64,000 nt of DNA from NCBI GenBank assembly GCA_039917655.1, contig JBDSJC010000163.1:768-64767 (forward strand). Reading direction: 5' to 3'. The translations under genes were made by a program, and so were the position numbers. The notes under the pieces are model-generated. The model searched no databases. It saw only the letters and a list, made by a program, of their open reading frames with translations, and was not told the origin of the DNA. The stretch is from Tepidiformaceae bacterium (GTDB taxonomy: Bacteria > Chloroflexota > Dehalococcoidia > Tepidiformales > Tepidiformaceae). Positions 48,640 to 59,700 of this stretch are shown here, piece after piece. Numbering within the stretch: position 1 is the stretch's first letter; every line of letters begins with the position of its first letter.

Positions 48640-49716
48640 ATGAAGGCTGCTGTGATGTACGGGGCTAATCAGCCCCTGGTAATCGAAGACATCGAAATCG
48701 ACGAACCCCAGACCGGTGAAGTGCTGATCAAAACGGGGGCGAGCGGAGTCTGCCACTCGGACTTGCACTTCATGGAAGGCAAGTGGATGTACCCCACGCC
48801 CGTGGTGCTCGGGCACGAGTCCGCGGGTACCGTCGAGAAGATCGGTCCTGGGGTAACAAACGTCAAAGTCGGCGACCGCTGCGTGGTCGCCTTTGTGCAA
48901 TCCTGCGGAAAGTGCGACCGCTGCATCACCGGCCGGCCGGTGCTCTGCTCGAACTCCATGTCGTTGAACCGCATGGGCCGGGTGAAGCTGAACGGACAGC
49001 CGATGATGCAGTTCGCCGGGATGTCCGCGTTCGCCGAGTACATGCTGGTCAGTGCGAATGCCTGCGTCCCCATGCCGGATGGCGTGCCGATGGAAGTCGC
49101 CTGCCTGGTTGGCTGCAGCGTGATGACCGGCGTCGGCGCGGTCACCAACACAGCCAAGATCGCTGTCGGGTCGACGGTCGCCGTGATTGGGGCGGGCGGC
49201 GTCGGCCTGAACATCATCCAGGGCGCGAAGCTGGCCGGGGCGTCGCGCATCATCGCCGTTGACCTGCTGGAGAATAAGCTGGCCGCCGCGCGTGAATTCG
49301 GTGCAACGGACACGGTTGACGGCTCGAAGGGCGACGCCATCGCCCAGGTGCAGGCGCTCACTGGCGGGGGCGTGGACTGGGCCTTCGAAGCGATCGGGCT
49401 GATGAAGACGGCCCAACAGGCGTTCGAAATGGCACGTCGCGGTGGCACGGCGGTCATTGTTGGCATGCTGCCCCTTGGCGAAGAGCTGACGATCCCCAAT
49501 GCGGGAGTGAGCTTCCTCGGCGAGAAGCAGATTATCGGGAGCTTCTATGGCTCAACCCGCCAGACGTACGACATGCCGTGGATGATGGAGCTCTATCGTC
49601 AGAAGCGGCTCAAGATCGACGAACTGATCTCGCGGCGGTACAAGCTGAGCGAGATCAACGAAGCCTACGACGCCTTGAAGAACGGGGAAGTCAATCGGAG
49701 CGTGATCGTTTTCTGA
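48640..49716 (+). CDS. zinc-dependent alcohol dehydrogenase (class III-like, medium-chain)
   Basis: Internal start MKAAVMY with a GGAGG RBS. It contains GVCHSDLH, GHESAGTVE, a structural zinc site CGKCDRCITGRPVLC, and GAGGVGL. Confidence 0.9.
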   Translation: MKAAVMYGANQPLVIEDIEIDEPQTGEVLIKTGASGVCHSDLHFMEGKWMYPTPVVLGHESAGTVEKIGPGVTNVKVGDRCVVAFVQSCGKCDRCITGRPVLCSNSMSLNRMGRVKLNGQPMMQFAGMSAFAEYMLVSANACVPMPDGVPMEVACLVGCSVMTGVGAVTNTAKIAVGSTVAVIGAGGVGLNIIQGAKLAGASRIIAVDLLENKLAAAREFGATDTVDGSKGDAIAQVQALTGGGVDWAFEAIGLMKTAQQAFEMARRGGTAVIVGMLPLGEELTIPNAGVSFLGEKQIIGSFYGSTRQTYDMPWMMELYRQKRLKIDELISRRYKLSEINEAYDALKNGEVNRSVIVF

Positions 49717-49750
49717 GTGCTGAGTGCTGAGGCCCGACGGACACGACGAA

Positions 49751-49775
49751 GGGGCGCCAGAAGGGCGCCCCTTTC
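49751..49775. terminator. bidirectional hairpin terminator between convergent adh and peroxiredoxin genes
   Basis: Stem GGGGCGCC / GGCGCCCC with a 5-nt loop, followed by TTTCC on the + strand. Confidence 0.55.
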
Positions 49776-49799
49776 CGGTCTCCATCGCCGGCACGGCGG

Positions 49800-50273
49800 T
49801 TAGTCTTTCGAGCAGACCATCACCGGGTCGTAGTTGGGCATATCGGTAATCTTTTCGGTCGGCTGGATCCAGGCGATTTTGCCATTCTTGCCAACGACGA
49901 CAACCACGCGGTTGGCGACCATTCGTGGCTCGATGGCGACGCCGTACTTCTTGGCTGTGGCGCCCAGCGGATAGAAGTCGCTCAGGATCGGGTAGCTCAC
50001 GCCGAGTTCCTTCTTCCAGGCAGCCTGCGCCCAAGGGCCGTCGCTTGAGATGGCGACTGGGATTGCGCCCTGGGTCTTAAACTCCTCCTGTTTCTTCTCA
50101 ATCAGAGGGAGCTGCGTGCTGCACGCGGGGGAGAAGGCTGCGGGGACGAAGTTGATGACGACGGCGTTCTTTCCCCGGTAGTCGCTCAGCTTGAACTTGT
50201 CGCCCGTGGGGCTGGAGGGGAGTTCGAAATCGGGGGCTTCATCGCCCACCTTGAGCGTGGCGGTTTCAGACAT
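49800..50273 (-). CDS. peroxiredoxin (AhpC/TSA-redoxin family, Prx5/BCP-like)
   Basis: It contains VGDEAPDFELP, NFVPAAFSPACSTQLP (peroxidatic Cys) and ISSDGPWAQAAW. Confidence 0.85.
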   Translation of the reverse strand: MSETATLKVGDEAPDFELPSSPTGDKFKLSDYRGKNAVVINFVPAAFSPACSTQLPLIEKKQEEFKTQGAIPVAISSDGPWAQAAWKKELGVSYPILSDFYPLGATAKKYGVAIEPRMVANRVVVVVGKNGKIAWIQPTEKITDMPNYDPVMVCSKD

Positions 50274-50423
50274 AGGTACCTCGTGTTGATTTGGCTTCCA
50301 ATCAATCGTAGCCGAGACCCCCGGTCCGGAGGCAAGGGCTCAATCAGCATCCCCGGCCAGCTCGAGTTTAGCGCCGTGCCTCAGACTCCGAACGGCGTTG
50401 CGGGTATCACGCTGCCGGCCGCG

Positions 50424-52859
50424 CTACGGGCTAAGGTTGGCGCCGCCTTCGGTAGCTGAGCCCCCGGCCGGTGCGCCGTCTGCCGAAGCGGCGCGCGATG
50501 TCCCGTCCGCGGGAGATTCGTTGGCCGGGACATCGTCCTGGCGCGGCTCGGAAGGCGGAGTGGTGCGGATCAGGGGGCCGTTGCGAAGAGCCAGGCCGTA
50601 GAACCGCAGGTAGGTAGCTTCCATGGATTCCCAGTAGGCGCCGGAATGGCCACCTTCAAACTCGTTGAACGTGTGCTCGATACCGCGAGCGAGGAAGATG
50701 GCATGGAGCAGTTGCGCCCCGGGCAGCCAGTCATCTTCGAGACCAATGTCGAAGTAGATGGCGGGCAAAGAGTTCAGGTCATTGCTGCGGGCAAGAGCGA
50801 TTGGGTCGTATTCCCCGAATCGCTCTTCGGGGATCGCTGGCGCCTGGAGGTCGGCGTACTCCCCCAGGGCGGGGCTGTGCAGGCCGAGCGCGCCGAACAC
50901 GCCGGGGTACTTCAGGGCGAGGTCGAATGCCCCGAACGCCCCACGTGAGATTCCGCCGAGCGCCCGCCCTTGCGGGGAGGCGATGGTGCGATACTTGGCC
51001 TCGATGTGCGGCAAAAGGTCGAGCAGGAGGTAGTCCGCCCACGCTTCGCCAGCACCGGAGAGCCCGTTCACCCAATACCCCAGGTCGCCCTCCGGCATGA
51101 CGATGATCATCGGTGCGATCTCGCCGCTTTCCATCAGGGTGTCGGCCGCTCCCTGCATTCCGTAACGCGGCCACTCGGTGTAATCGCCGCCCGCGCCGTG
51201 GAGCATGTAGAGCACCGGGAAAGTGCGCTCCAAGTCAATTTCGTAGGCAGCTGGCAGGTAGATCGCATACGACATTTTCCGGCCGAGGGCAGCGCTGAAG
51301 AAGGTATCGCTGAATAGCGTGCCGTCGGTCGCTGGCGGTATGCCTTCAGACCCTCCCGCCGTGGCTGGGGCGCTCGCCGTTGGTCGGCCCTTAGGCAGGC
51401 GTGACGGCGTGACGGTGGTTACCGGGTTGTTGTAGGCCTGCCTGCGCGCCGTGAGGGCCTGGACGGCCTCTGGACCGGCGGTCTCGGCGGCCCTGGCCTC
51501 AGCGGTAGCCGCTGCATCGTCACGTACCCAGCCCTGCCAGGCGGTAAACGAGAGCAGGGCCACCGCTACCAGAGAGAAGGCCGGCCGCGGCATCGGGTTC
51601 CACGCCGGCCGTTGCCCAGCCCCCCGGAATGGGGGCGAACCGAGCCACGAAACGAAAGGTTGACCTACCCGGAAACGCGCCGCCACCCACAGCGCGGCGA
51701 GTCCAGAAAGTTCGATGATGAGAGTGACGTTGTCTGCCGAGAGAGGGCCTGGCACGTTGGCGTCCTGTAGCTGCGCCCGGGCCGCCTCCACAACGAAGAC
51801 GATGACCACGTGCGCCGCATAGGCGTACAGGGCCGCGCGGCCGAGTGGCAGAAGGAGCGGCCCGAGGAAAGCGTTGAACGGTCGCCAGGCACGGGTGACG
51901 AGCGTCCACGCGAACGCGAAGACGAGCAGGCAGGCAAGCAATCGCGGGAGGGGAAGCGATGACTTGTCGAACCAGCTGTCCAGCAGTCTTGCGCCTTCCC
52001 CGGCGCCCGCAAAACGGTCGATGATTCGGGCGTCTGTGACGTGCAGCCAGACGAGTAGGCCAACGGTAATAAGCAGTGGCCCGAGAGCGCCTCCGGGCAG
52101 CCGCCCCAACGAGACACGTTCGAGCAAGCTCCCAAGCGAATCTCGGTAGTAGCCGAGAATGAGTCCAACGAAGAATAGCACCTGCCACGCCGCAAAGTGG
52201 AAGATTGCGTTATCGACGATGTACCAGGGCACGTGCGTGGTCGATGGCCAGAGTTGAAAGTCGAGCCAGAGGGCCGCCGAGACCAAAAGCAGCGGTGGCC
52301 ACCAGCCGCGCTTCAGAAGCCAGATGGCGACAGGAGCCAACGCCATCAAGAAGGCGTACAAGAGCATCACGTCTACCAGGTAGAACGTGCGCCGCATCAG
52401 CACGATGTCTCGCACGAAGCGCGCGGGATCGGCGGAGAAGGCGGTGCCTTTCGGGAGATCGAGCAGCGCCGCCCCGGCGGCGAACGCCAGACCCAGCCAG
52501 ATTGCCACGGCGTAGAGGGTCCACGCCCGGCCAAGCCCTCGGCGGGTTGCGGCGCCCATTGTGTAGCGGCCGTAGACCATGCCCACGGTCACGCCGGAGA
52601 CGAAGACGAAGGCCTCAGCGGCCGAGACGAAGAACCGGTTGCCGCCCGTGAGGAGGTGGAGGGCATGGCCGCCCCCGATGTGGTCGATTGCCATCGCGAA
52701 CACAGCAAAGCCGCGCAGGAGATCCAGGCGCAGGTCGCGCTGCCCGGACTGCGCGTATCTCCAGTTGTCTGTCAACGCTCGCATGGCGGTGCGCCAACCT
52801 CCGGCTGCGGGGTGCGGGAGGTCCCAGGTGAGTGCGGCGGGTCGCTCACGAAAGTCCAC
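50424..52859 (-). CDS. fusion protein: OpgC/acyltransferase-3-like polytopic membrane domain + C-terminal esterase-D-type alpha/beta hydrolase
   Basis: The N-terminus RLDLLRGFAVFAMAIDH is followed by about 10 TM segments. After a linker comes FPVLYMLHGAGGDYTEW, a GxSxG nucleophile elbow (GGISRGAFGA), and HSGAYW. The start is uncertain. Confidence 0.7.
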   Translation of the reverse strand: MDFRERPAALTWDLPHPAAGGWRTAMRALTDNWRYAQSGQRDLRLDLLRGFAVFAMAIDHIGGGHALHLLTGGNRFFVSAAEAFVFVSGVTVGMVYGRYTMGAATRRGLGRAWTLYAVAIWLGLAFAAGAALLDLPKGTAFSADPARFVRDIVLMRRTFYLVDVMLLYAFLMALAPVAIWLLKRGWWPPLLLVSAALWLDFQLWPSTTHVPWYIVDNAIFHFAAWQVLFFVGLILGYYRDSLGSLLERVSLGRLPGGALGPLLITVGLLVWLHVTDARIIDRFAGAGEGARLLDSWFDKSSLPLPRLLACLLVFAFAWTLVTRAWRPFNAFLGPLLLPLGRAALYAYAAHVVIVFVVEAARAQLQDANVPGPLSADNVTLIIELSGLAALWVAARFRVGQPFVSWLGSPPFRGAGQRPAWNPMPRPAFSLVAVALLSFTAWQGWVRDDAAATAEARAAETAGPEAVQALTARRQAYNNPVTTVTPSRLPKGRPTASAPATAGGSEGIPPATDGTLFSDTFFSAALGRKMSYAIYLPAAYEIDLERTFPVLYMLHGAGGDYTEWPRYGMQGAADTLMESGEIAPMIIVMPEGDLGYWVNGLSGAGEAWADYLLLDLLPHIEAKYRTIASPQGRALGGISRGAFGAFDLALKYPGVFGALGLHSPALGEYADLQAPAIPEERFGEYDPIALARSNDLNSLPAIYFDIGLEDDWLPGAQLLHAIFLARGIEHTFNEFEGGHSGAYWESMEATYLRFYGLALRNGPLIRTTPPSEPRQDDVPANESPADGTSRAASADGAPAGGSATEGGANLSP

Positions 52860-52922
52860 AAGGCGGACCGGGAGTGGCGCGAAATCGTGAGGGCGGGTAC
52901 GCTCCGCGGGATAGTCACGGTG

Positions 52923-53927
52923 ATGTTAAGAATCCCCTTGCTTGCCCTTCTCATGGTTGTCATTTTGTGGTTCGGCGCAACCCTTCCAAGAGATGTGCGC
53001 GGTGAAGATTCTGTTTCAGCCGTCCTAAGTGTAAACGGTGACTTAGAACTCTTTACCCCGGGCGACCTGGCCCCTCGTTTTAGCCTTGCGATGGACGGCC
53101 CGAGCCTTGGCCTTGGTCGCTCTTTCGGGTGCCTACAGAAGCGACTGGCCGGTCAGGCGGGAGTGACGCAGGTCAAGAAACTGGCATTCGGCGGGCTGGA
53201 GCGCGATTATCGCGTCCACGTCAGCGCCCGCGCCTCAGCAGAAACAGCGCAGCCGATCGTACTGGCCTTTCACGGCCGCGGCGGCCGCGGCGCAGACTTC
53301 GAAACCTCCTCCGGGCTGCTCCCGGTGAGCGACCACGAAGGATTTCTGTTGGTCAGCCCGGATGGCACGGGCACTCCACGAGGTTGGGGGGCTGGGGCCT
53401 CCATGCCGTCCTGGCCCGTGGACGACACCGCCTTCGTGGGAAGCCTGCTCGACCGGCTCGAGACAGACTTCTGTGTGGATACAACGAGGATCTACGCCGT
53501 TGGATACTCCAACGGCGGCTTCCTTGCGTCTCGCATTGGATGTGCCCTAAGCGACCGCATTGCTGCCATCGTGCCGGTCGCCGGGATCTCCTTGCCCGCG
53601 GAGCCGTGCCACGGGGCGGTGGCCGTACTCACCTTCCATGGCACCGCCGATGACGTCGTGCCCTTCAACGGCGGCCCGGTGCGGACGGTGTACACCTACG
53701 CAGGTGTTCGAAGCGTGCTTTCGGCATGGTCGGCGCTTGCTCGTTGCAGCGGGGCGCCAGTTTTACAACGGATTTCGGCCCGGGTTGTGCGCGAAAATCA
53801 CCAGAGTTGCGCCCGCCCGGTTTCGCTGGTGCAGATAACTGGCGGGGGCCACGAATGGCCCACCGATACGGACGTGAAGGTCGCCGACACGATCTGGACG
53901 TTCCTCAAGGACCAGCACCAGCCCTGA
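52923..53927 (+). CDS. secreted esterase, PHB depolymerase/LpqC (CE1-like) family
   Basis: Internal ATG at 52923 gives a signal peptide MLRIPLLALLMVVILWFGA. It contains LAFHGRGG, GYSNGGF (GxSxG) and FHGTADDVVPF. Confidence 0.75.
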   Translation: MLRIPLLALLMVVILWFGATLPRDVRGEDSVSAVLSVNGDLELFTPGDLAPRFSLAMDGPSLGLGRSFGCLQKRLAGQAGVTQVKKLAFGGLERDYRVHVSARASAETAQPIVLAFHGRGGRGADFETSSGLLPVSDHEGFLLVSPDGTGTPRGWGAGASMPSWPVDDTAFVGSLLDRLETDFCVDTTRIYAVGYSNGGFLASRIGCALSDRIAAIVPVAGISLPAEPCHGAVAVLTFHGTADDVVPFNGGPVRTVYTYAGVRSVLSAWSALARCSGAPVLQRISARVVRENHQSCARPVSLVQITGGGHEWPTDTDVKVADTIWTFLKDQHQP

Positions 53928-53966
53928 ACGTGTAGGCGTGGAGGTCCGGCCTTCGGTCCTACGCCT

Positions 53967-56663
53967 TTGGTACGCACAGCCGATGATCCGTTAACAATGG
54001 CCAACGCAGTGGACACGATCATCGATTCCCTGACCAGCGCTCTTCGCCCCGGGCTGAGCATCTCGGCACTTTCGGAGGTCTTCGCTCGCACGATGGCGGA
54101 CCTGGCTCTGCTCGTGCCTTTCGATGACGCGACGCTCGCGCGGTGCGAGGAGAACCCCGCCTGGGTGCGCACGATCGGCGCCTATTCGAACGGGGCGGGT
54201 TTCTTGCCGGAGAAAACCCTGCGCAAAGCAACCGATATTGGGCTGACCATCGTCAACGCCTTTCCCGATGGTCTGGAATTCGTCCCAAAAACCGGCGGTT
54301 CCTCGGCCGCCGCCGAACTCGCCACGGCCGGCATCGCAGTCGTCTGGGTGACTCCGCTCTGGTCGGCCGGCGTCAGTCACGGGCTGTTCTCGGTCAATCG
54401 CAAGACCGCCGTGTCGTTTAACGCGGCGGAGGTGGAAGTCCTGCGGCGAATTGGTGCAGCCTTCGCGGCGCCGTTAGGCGAGGAGTGGTCTGCGACGGTC
54501 CCGGCGCAGGAGGCTAGCCGCCGCGAACTAATTGCCGCGGTTTGCCGCTGGCCTGATGGCGGAGGGACGCTGGCCGAACTGTTCGAAGGGAGCCGCCTCA
54601 CGCTGCACAGAGCGTTGCCGACGGACGCCCTGGGGCTCTTCCTCAATATCGCTCAGCCGGATCTGCCTGGCTCTTTCAATGGGGGATGGGCGAACGTTCT
54701 TGCCCAGAACACGTACCTGAACGGTTGGTTGCCTCCCACGGACGCGACCACGGACGCGACCACGGACGTTCACGAACGCCGCGAGGCCCAGCACGCCGAA
54801 CACGACTCGCTGGGCTGGCTAGTCTCGGCGCGCCTCCGGCAGGGCAGCGATGTGCTCGGCTACCTTGTCCTGCGACGCCGTTCTCGAGTGCCCCTCGGCG
54901 AAGCCGACCACACCTTTCTCGAAGTGCTCGCCATGGTCCTCAGCCAGTCGATCTGCAGCCAGCGCAGGGAGGCACAACTGCGGACGGCTCAGGATCGCTA
55001 TCGGGAGCTGTTCGAAGACGCGCCGGCGATGTACGTGATCACCCGCCACGAGGCCGGTGGCCCGGTCATCTCTGACTGCAACGACCTGTTCGTCCGGGCT
55101 GTCGAGAGCGAACGGCGCCACGTCATCGGTCGCCGCCTGTCTGACTTTGATGCCGCCATCCAACGGCCAGGGGGCGAACACCGGTTGACCGTCAGCGGCG
55201 AGGAACGGCAGCTGATTGGCAAGGAGGGCCGCGTGACCGATACCCTCCTGAGGGCCACGCCCGAGCTTTCGCCGGAAGGCCAAGTTGTGGGGACGCGCGC
55301 GATGTACATCGACATCGCCGAACGCAAAGCGTTGCAACAGCAGCTGACTCACCAGGCGTTTCACGATTCGCTCACAGACCTGCCGAACCGCGCGCTCTTT
55401 CTCGATCGCTTGGGCCACACGATCGAGCGGCAGGCGGTGCGGCAATCCCTGACGGCGGTCGCGCTACTGGACCTGGACGACTTCAAGGTGGTCAACGACA
55501 GCCTCGGCCACGCCGCCGGCGACGAGCTGTTGGTGGCCGTGACCATGCGGCTGCGCTCCTACCTGATGCCCGGCGATACGCTCGCTCGCCTCGGTGGCGA
55601 CGAATTCATGGTACTGCTCGAAGACGTGGGCGAGTCGGCGATGGCCCTCGAGCGGCTCGAAGCGCTCCTCCAGGTATTCGACGTCCCATTCAAGCTTGGC
55701 ACCCGCCAGGTGTTCGTCAACGGCAGCATCGGGTTGGTGGTCACCGAAGGCGCCGAAGTTGGCGCCAATGAGCTCTTGCGCCGGTCCGACGTTGCCATGT
55801 ACGAAGCCAAGAGGCTGGGCAAGGGCATCGTCCAGTTGTTCGATGAGACGTTTCAGAGCCGGGCCAGCCTCCGCCTCGACCAGGAATCCGAACTACGCCA
55901 GGCGATCGAGAACGGCGAGATCGAAGTCCACTACCAACCCGTGATCGACCTTGCCGACAGTTCGGTGGTTGAGATGGAGGCGTTGGCGCGCTGGCAGCAC
56001 CCGGAACGCGGTCTCCTGCCGCCGAGCGAATTCATCACGCTCGCCGAGGAGAGCGGCCAAATCGCCGCACTCGGCCGCGAAGTCCTGAAGACAGCCTGCT
56101 CCGACGCCAAGAAGTGGCTCGCTGCACCGGGGGTCTCACCCGCTTTCCGCGTCTCGGTGAACATGTCGGTGAAGCAATTGGAGCGCCCGCGGATCGTCGA
56201 TGAGGTACTCCAGGTGGTCAAAGAGTCGGGCCTCGCGCCAGCCAACCTCAAGATCGAAGTTACGGAGAGCACGATGATGGGCGACGGCGAAGCGGCCGTC
56301 TCCAAGCTTCGGCTGCTGGCAGAGGCGGGCGTGAGCATCGCCATCGATGACTTCGGCACGGGCTATTCGTCCCTCAGCTACCTGAAACGCCTGCCCGTGG
56401 ACACCGTCAAAATTGACCGGGCGTTCATCACCGGCCTGGGATCGGACAGGAGCGACACAGCAATCGTCCAGGCGGTCGTCGCTTTCGCAGCCTGCATGGA
56501 TCTGACGGTGACCGTGGAGGGAGTCGAAACTGCGACACAGCGCGAGGCCGTACGGCGCATGGGCTGCGACCGCGCCCAGGGCTACTACTTTTCGAGGCCG
56601 ATGCCGGAAGCGGAAGCGGCGAAACTGCTCGCGAATCTCTCTGGCTTCATCGCCGCGGCCTAA
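53967..56663 (+). CDS. GAF/PAS sensor-containing diguanylate cyclase/phosphodiesterase (GGDEF + EAL)
   Basis: The intact GGDEF motif is ARLGGDEFMVLL. The EAL domain contains EMEALARW and DDFGTGYSSLSYLKRLPVDTVKIDR. A PAS-like segment lies around YRELFEDAPAMYVI. The start is TTG 53967 or ATG 53997. Confidence 0.9.
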   Translation: MVRTADDPLTMANAVDTIIDSLTSALRPGLSISALSEVFARTMADLALLVPFDDATLARCEENPAWVRTIGAYSNGAGFLPEKTLRKATDIGLTIVNAFPDGLEFVPKTGGSSAAAELATAGIAVVWVTPLWSAGVSHGLFSVNRKTAVSFNAAEVEVLRRIGAAFAAPLGEEWSATVPAQEASRRELIAAVCRWPDGGGTLAELFEGSRLTLHRALPTDALGLFLNIAQPDLPGSFNGGWANVLAQNTYLNGWLPPTDATTDATTDVHERREAQHAEHDSLGWLVSARLRQGSDVLGYLVLRRRSRVPLGEADHTFLEVLAMVLSQSICSQRREAQLRTAQDRYRELFEDAPAMYVITRHEAGGPVISDCNDLFVRAVESERRHVIGRRLSDFDAAIQRPGGEHRLTVSGEERQLIGKEGRVTDTLLRATPELSPEGQVVGTRAMYIDIAERKALQQQLTHQAFHDSLTDLPNRALFLDRLGHTIERQAVRQSLTAVALLDLDDFKVVNDSLGHAAGDELLVAVTMRLRSYLMPGDTLARLGGDEFMVLLEDVGESAMALERLEALLQVFDVPFKLGTRQVFVNGSIGLVVTEGAEVGANELLRRSDVAMYEAKRLGKGIVQLFDETFQSRASLRLDQESELRQAIENGEIEVHYQPVIDLADSSVVEMEALARWQHPERGLLPPSEFITLAEESGQIAALGREVLKTACSDAKKWLAAPGVSPAFRVSVNMSVKQLERPRIVDEVLQVVKESGLAPANLKIEVTESTMMGDGEAAVSKLRLLAEAGVSIAIDDFGTGYSSLSYLKRLPVDTVKIDRAFITGLGSDRSDTAIVQAVVAFAACMDLTVTVEGVETATQREAVRRMGCDRAQGYYFSRPMPEAEAAKLLANLSGFIAAA

Positions 56664-56797
56664 CCGAGGGCAAGAAGCCGCTCCAACGGGTTTCCAACAT
56701 TCAGTGCCCGCTGGCCGTCCGCACTCTCAAGATCGAATGGATATCTCCGATATCTCTAAGGGGACCCACCACCGTGGTTGACCCCCGGAGTAGTTGA

Positions 56798-59700
56798 ATG
56801 CTTCACAAACTTGCAGAACTCTCGGTGCTGGCCATGACACCTCCGGGCGCCGTCACGCTCGAGGAGGTGCTGCTCACCTGTGAACTGGTGTGCGAACTGC
56901 TGGAGGCCCAGGACGTGTACATAATCCGCGCCGGCGACCCCTACTTTATCCGCCTTGGCGATGATGGCGACCCGCGCCAGTACGAAGTGAAACAGCGCGG
57001 TTATTGGCTGGCCTGGAAAGAGCTCGCCGAAAACATGCATTCGCCAGCAAGCATGTTCACCGTGAGTGACCGCCTGGTGAAAGACCCTTTTCCCCTCGCC
57101 GTCGGCATGCCCGCCACGCATATCGGCAGCATTCTCCCTGGGGACGAGAGCAACTCCGAGATGCTGATCATTCGCGGCAACTACCCGAGCGGCCTGACCC
57201 AGGATCAGGTGGACCTGACGACCACCGTCCGGCCGCTTCTCGCCTGCTTGACAAGCAGCTTCCTCGATTCGCAGCGCCAGGCGCGTCTCGGCAGCCAGTT
57301 GGGCGCCCTCGCTGACGTGGCCGAGGCGTTTAGCCGGGCGGACGAAATGGACACCGTGCTCACGTCGCTGGCCACCGCCCTCGCGAAAGCGGCGGGGATC
57401 GATTGGGTGACGATTAATCTCGTGGATGCCGGCATCGCACAGGTCATCGAGCGTGCGCTGAGCTTTGCGCGGCACTCCGGCACGGAGACAGCAGCGCAGT
57501 CCCGCACCGGCTCCAGTTCCGGCCACCTGGACCTGGCTGTCATTCGCCGCATGGCCAAAACGCGCAAGCCGTATCTCGTCCCAGACGTCTTCGACCAGAG
57601 GGAGACGCTCGCCATGGACGACGACCTGCGCCGCTACTACGAACGCGCCCACATTCTTTCCACAGCGTCGTTCGCGATCACCTTCCAAGAAAAGGTGCTC
57701 GGCGCGGTCCGATTCTCCTCGTCCTCCAAGCGGGACTTCGGCGCGCCAGAAGTGGAGTTTCTCAAAGCGTTGGTTTCGCAAGCGGCGAACACTGTCGCGG
57801 GCCTACAGATGAACCGTGATTTGCGCGACGCGAACGCGGAACTCGAACAGGCAAGTCTCACCTCCCTGGAACTGGCGATGGAGGCGGAAGCCTCAGCCCG
57901 TGCTAAATCCGAATTCATCGCCAACACCAGTCACGAGATCCGCACGCCGATGAACGGGGTCATCGGCATGACCTCGCTGTTGCTGGACACCAACCTCGAT
58001 GTCGAACAGCGTGAGTACGTTGAAACCGTGCGCGACAGCGCGGACGCGCTGCTCACGGTGATCAACGACATCCTCGATTTTTCCAAGCTCGAAGCGGGGA
58101 AGATGACCTTTGAGGTGATCGACTTCAACCTCCGCAACACCATCGAAGAGGTGGCGAACCTGCTGGCGCCGGCCGCGCAAAAGAAAGGCGTGGAGTTCAC
58201 CGTTTCCACGACGCCGCCGATCTTCCATTGGCAGCTTCGCGGCGACCCGGGGCGGCTTCGCCAGGTGCTCACGAACCTTATCGGCAACGCATTGAAGTTT
58301 ACAGAGCGTGGCGAAATCTCGGTCAGCGCCAGCATCGTCTCGGAGAGCGCATCCGATGTCATGGTGCGGCTGGCGGTCGCGGATACTGGCATCGGTATTT
58401 CGAAGGAGCGCCAGGCGGCGATCTTCGAAAGCTTCACCCAGGCTGACGGCACATCGACGCGGAAATACGGCGGCACAGGCCTGGGTCTGACGATTAGCAA
58501 ACAGATCGCCGAGCTAATGGGCGGATCGATCAACGTGGAGAGCGAGCCAGGCGTGGGGAGTGTGTTCTCCGTCGTTGTGCCACTAGCCAGGCAGATGACC
58601 GCCGCCGCGCCAGCGCCGGCCGAATCCAACCTCCGCGGACGCACGGTGCTCTTCGTGGATGACAACGCCACCAACCGGCGCATCCTGCGGGAACAGTTGA
58701 CCTCCTGGGGGTGCTTTCCCCTGGAGGCCGAGAGTGGTGCGGACGCGCTGGCGATCCTGCGCACCGTTTCTTCGGTCTCTCTGGTCCTGATGGATATGCA
58801 GATGCCGGGAATGGACGGCCAGGAAGCTACCGAACGCCTCAAACAACTGCCGGGCTACGCCGGCGTGCCCGTGGTCTTGCTCTCTTCGGCTGGGTCACTC
58901 CGCGCGGAGGACGTGACGGCGGGCGGATTCTCTGCCGCTCTGGTCAAGCCAGTGCGTCAATCTGCGCTCTACAACACGCTCGTCGAGGTGCTCCAGCCGG
59001 CGGGGCGCGCTCCCGAGGCGCCACCAGCAGTGCTCTTGCCCGGCGCACCCATGCGCCTCGGCCTGCGCGTCCTCCTGGCGGAGGACAACGCGATTAACCA
59101 GAAGGTTGCCTCACGGATGCTCACAAGGTGGGGCTGTGAGGTCGATATCGTGGCCGACGGGCAGTCGGCGCTCGACGCGCTCTCCGCCAACAGGTATGAC
59201 CTGGTGATGATGGACTGTCACATGCCGGTGATGGACGGCTACGAGGCCACCGCCGCCATCCGGAGCCGCGAGAAGCACACCGGTCAACACATGCCGATCG
59301 TTGCCATGACCGCCAACGCTCTTGCCGGAGACCGCGAGCGCTGCATCGCAGCCGGCATGGACGACTACGTGCGCAAGCCGGTAAAACCAAAGGACCTGCT
59401 CGACGCGTTGCGTCGCTGGGGTGGCATGAGGCAGGCCGCCGAGTTGGCCAATTCACGTTGGCCCGCGCTAGCCGTGTTCGACCCTAGGCAACTGCTCGAG
59501 GCCTGCGGCGGCGATCACGAATTGGCCGGCGAGATCACCGCGGAGTTCGCGAGCACCGCGCCCGCTGCCTTTGATTCCGTCGCCTCCGCGATCGCCGGAG
59601 CCAACTTTGGCGCCCTGGCGGCGGCGGCGCACAACCTGAAAGGGAGTTGCTGGGCGATTGGCGCGGCGGCCCTCGGGGCCACCCTCCAGGAACTGGAGTT

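Noticed and set aside
54738-54768. A tandem 12-nt repeat (ACGGACGCGACC x2.6) encoding TDATTDATTD in the GGDEF-EAL gene.
   Set aside because: It is in frame, short, and lies in an inter-domain linker. It is plausibly a simple slippage duplication with no evidence of phase-variation function.
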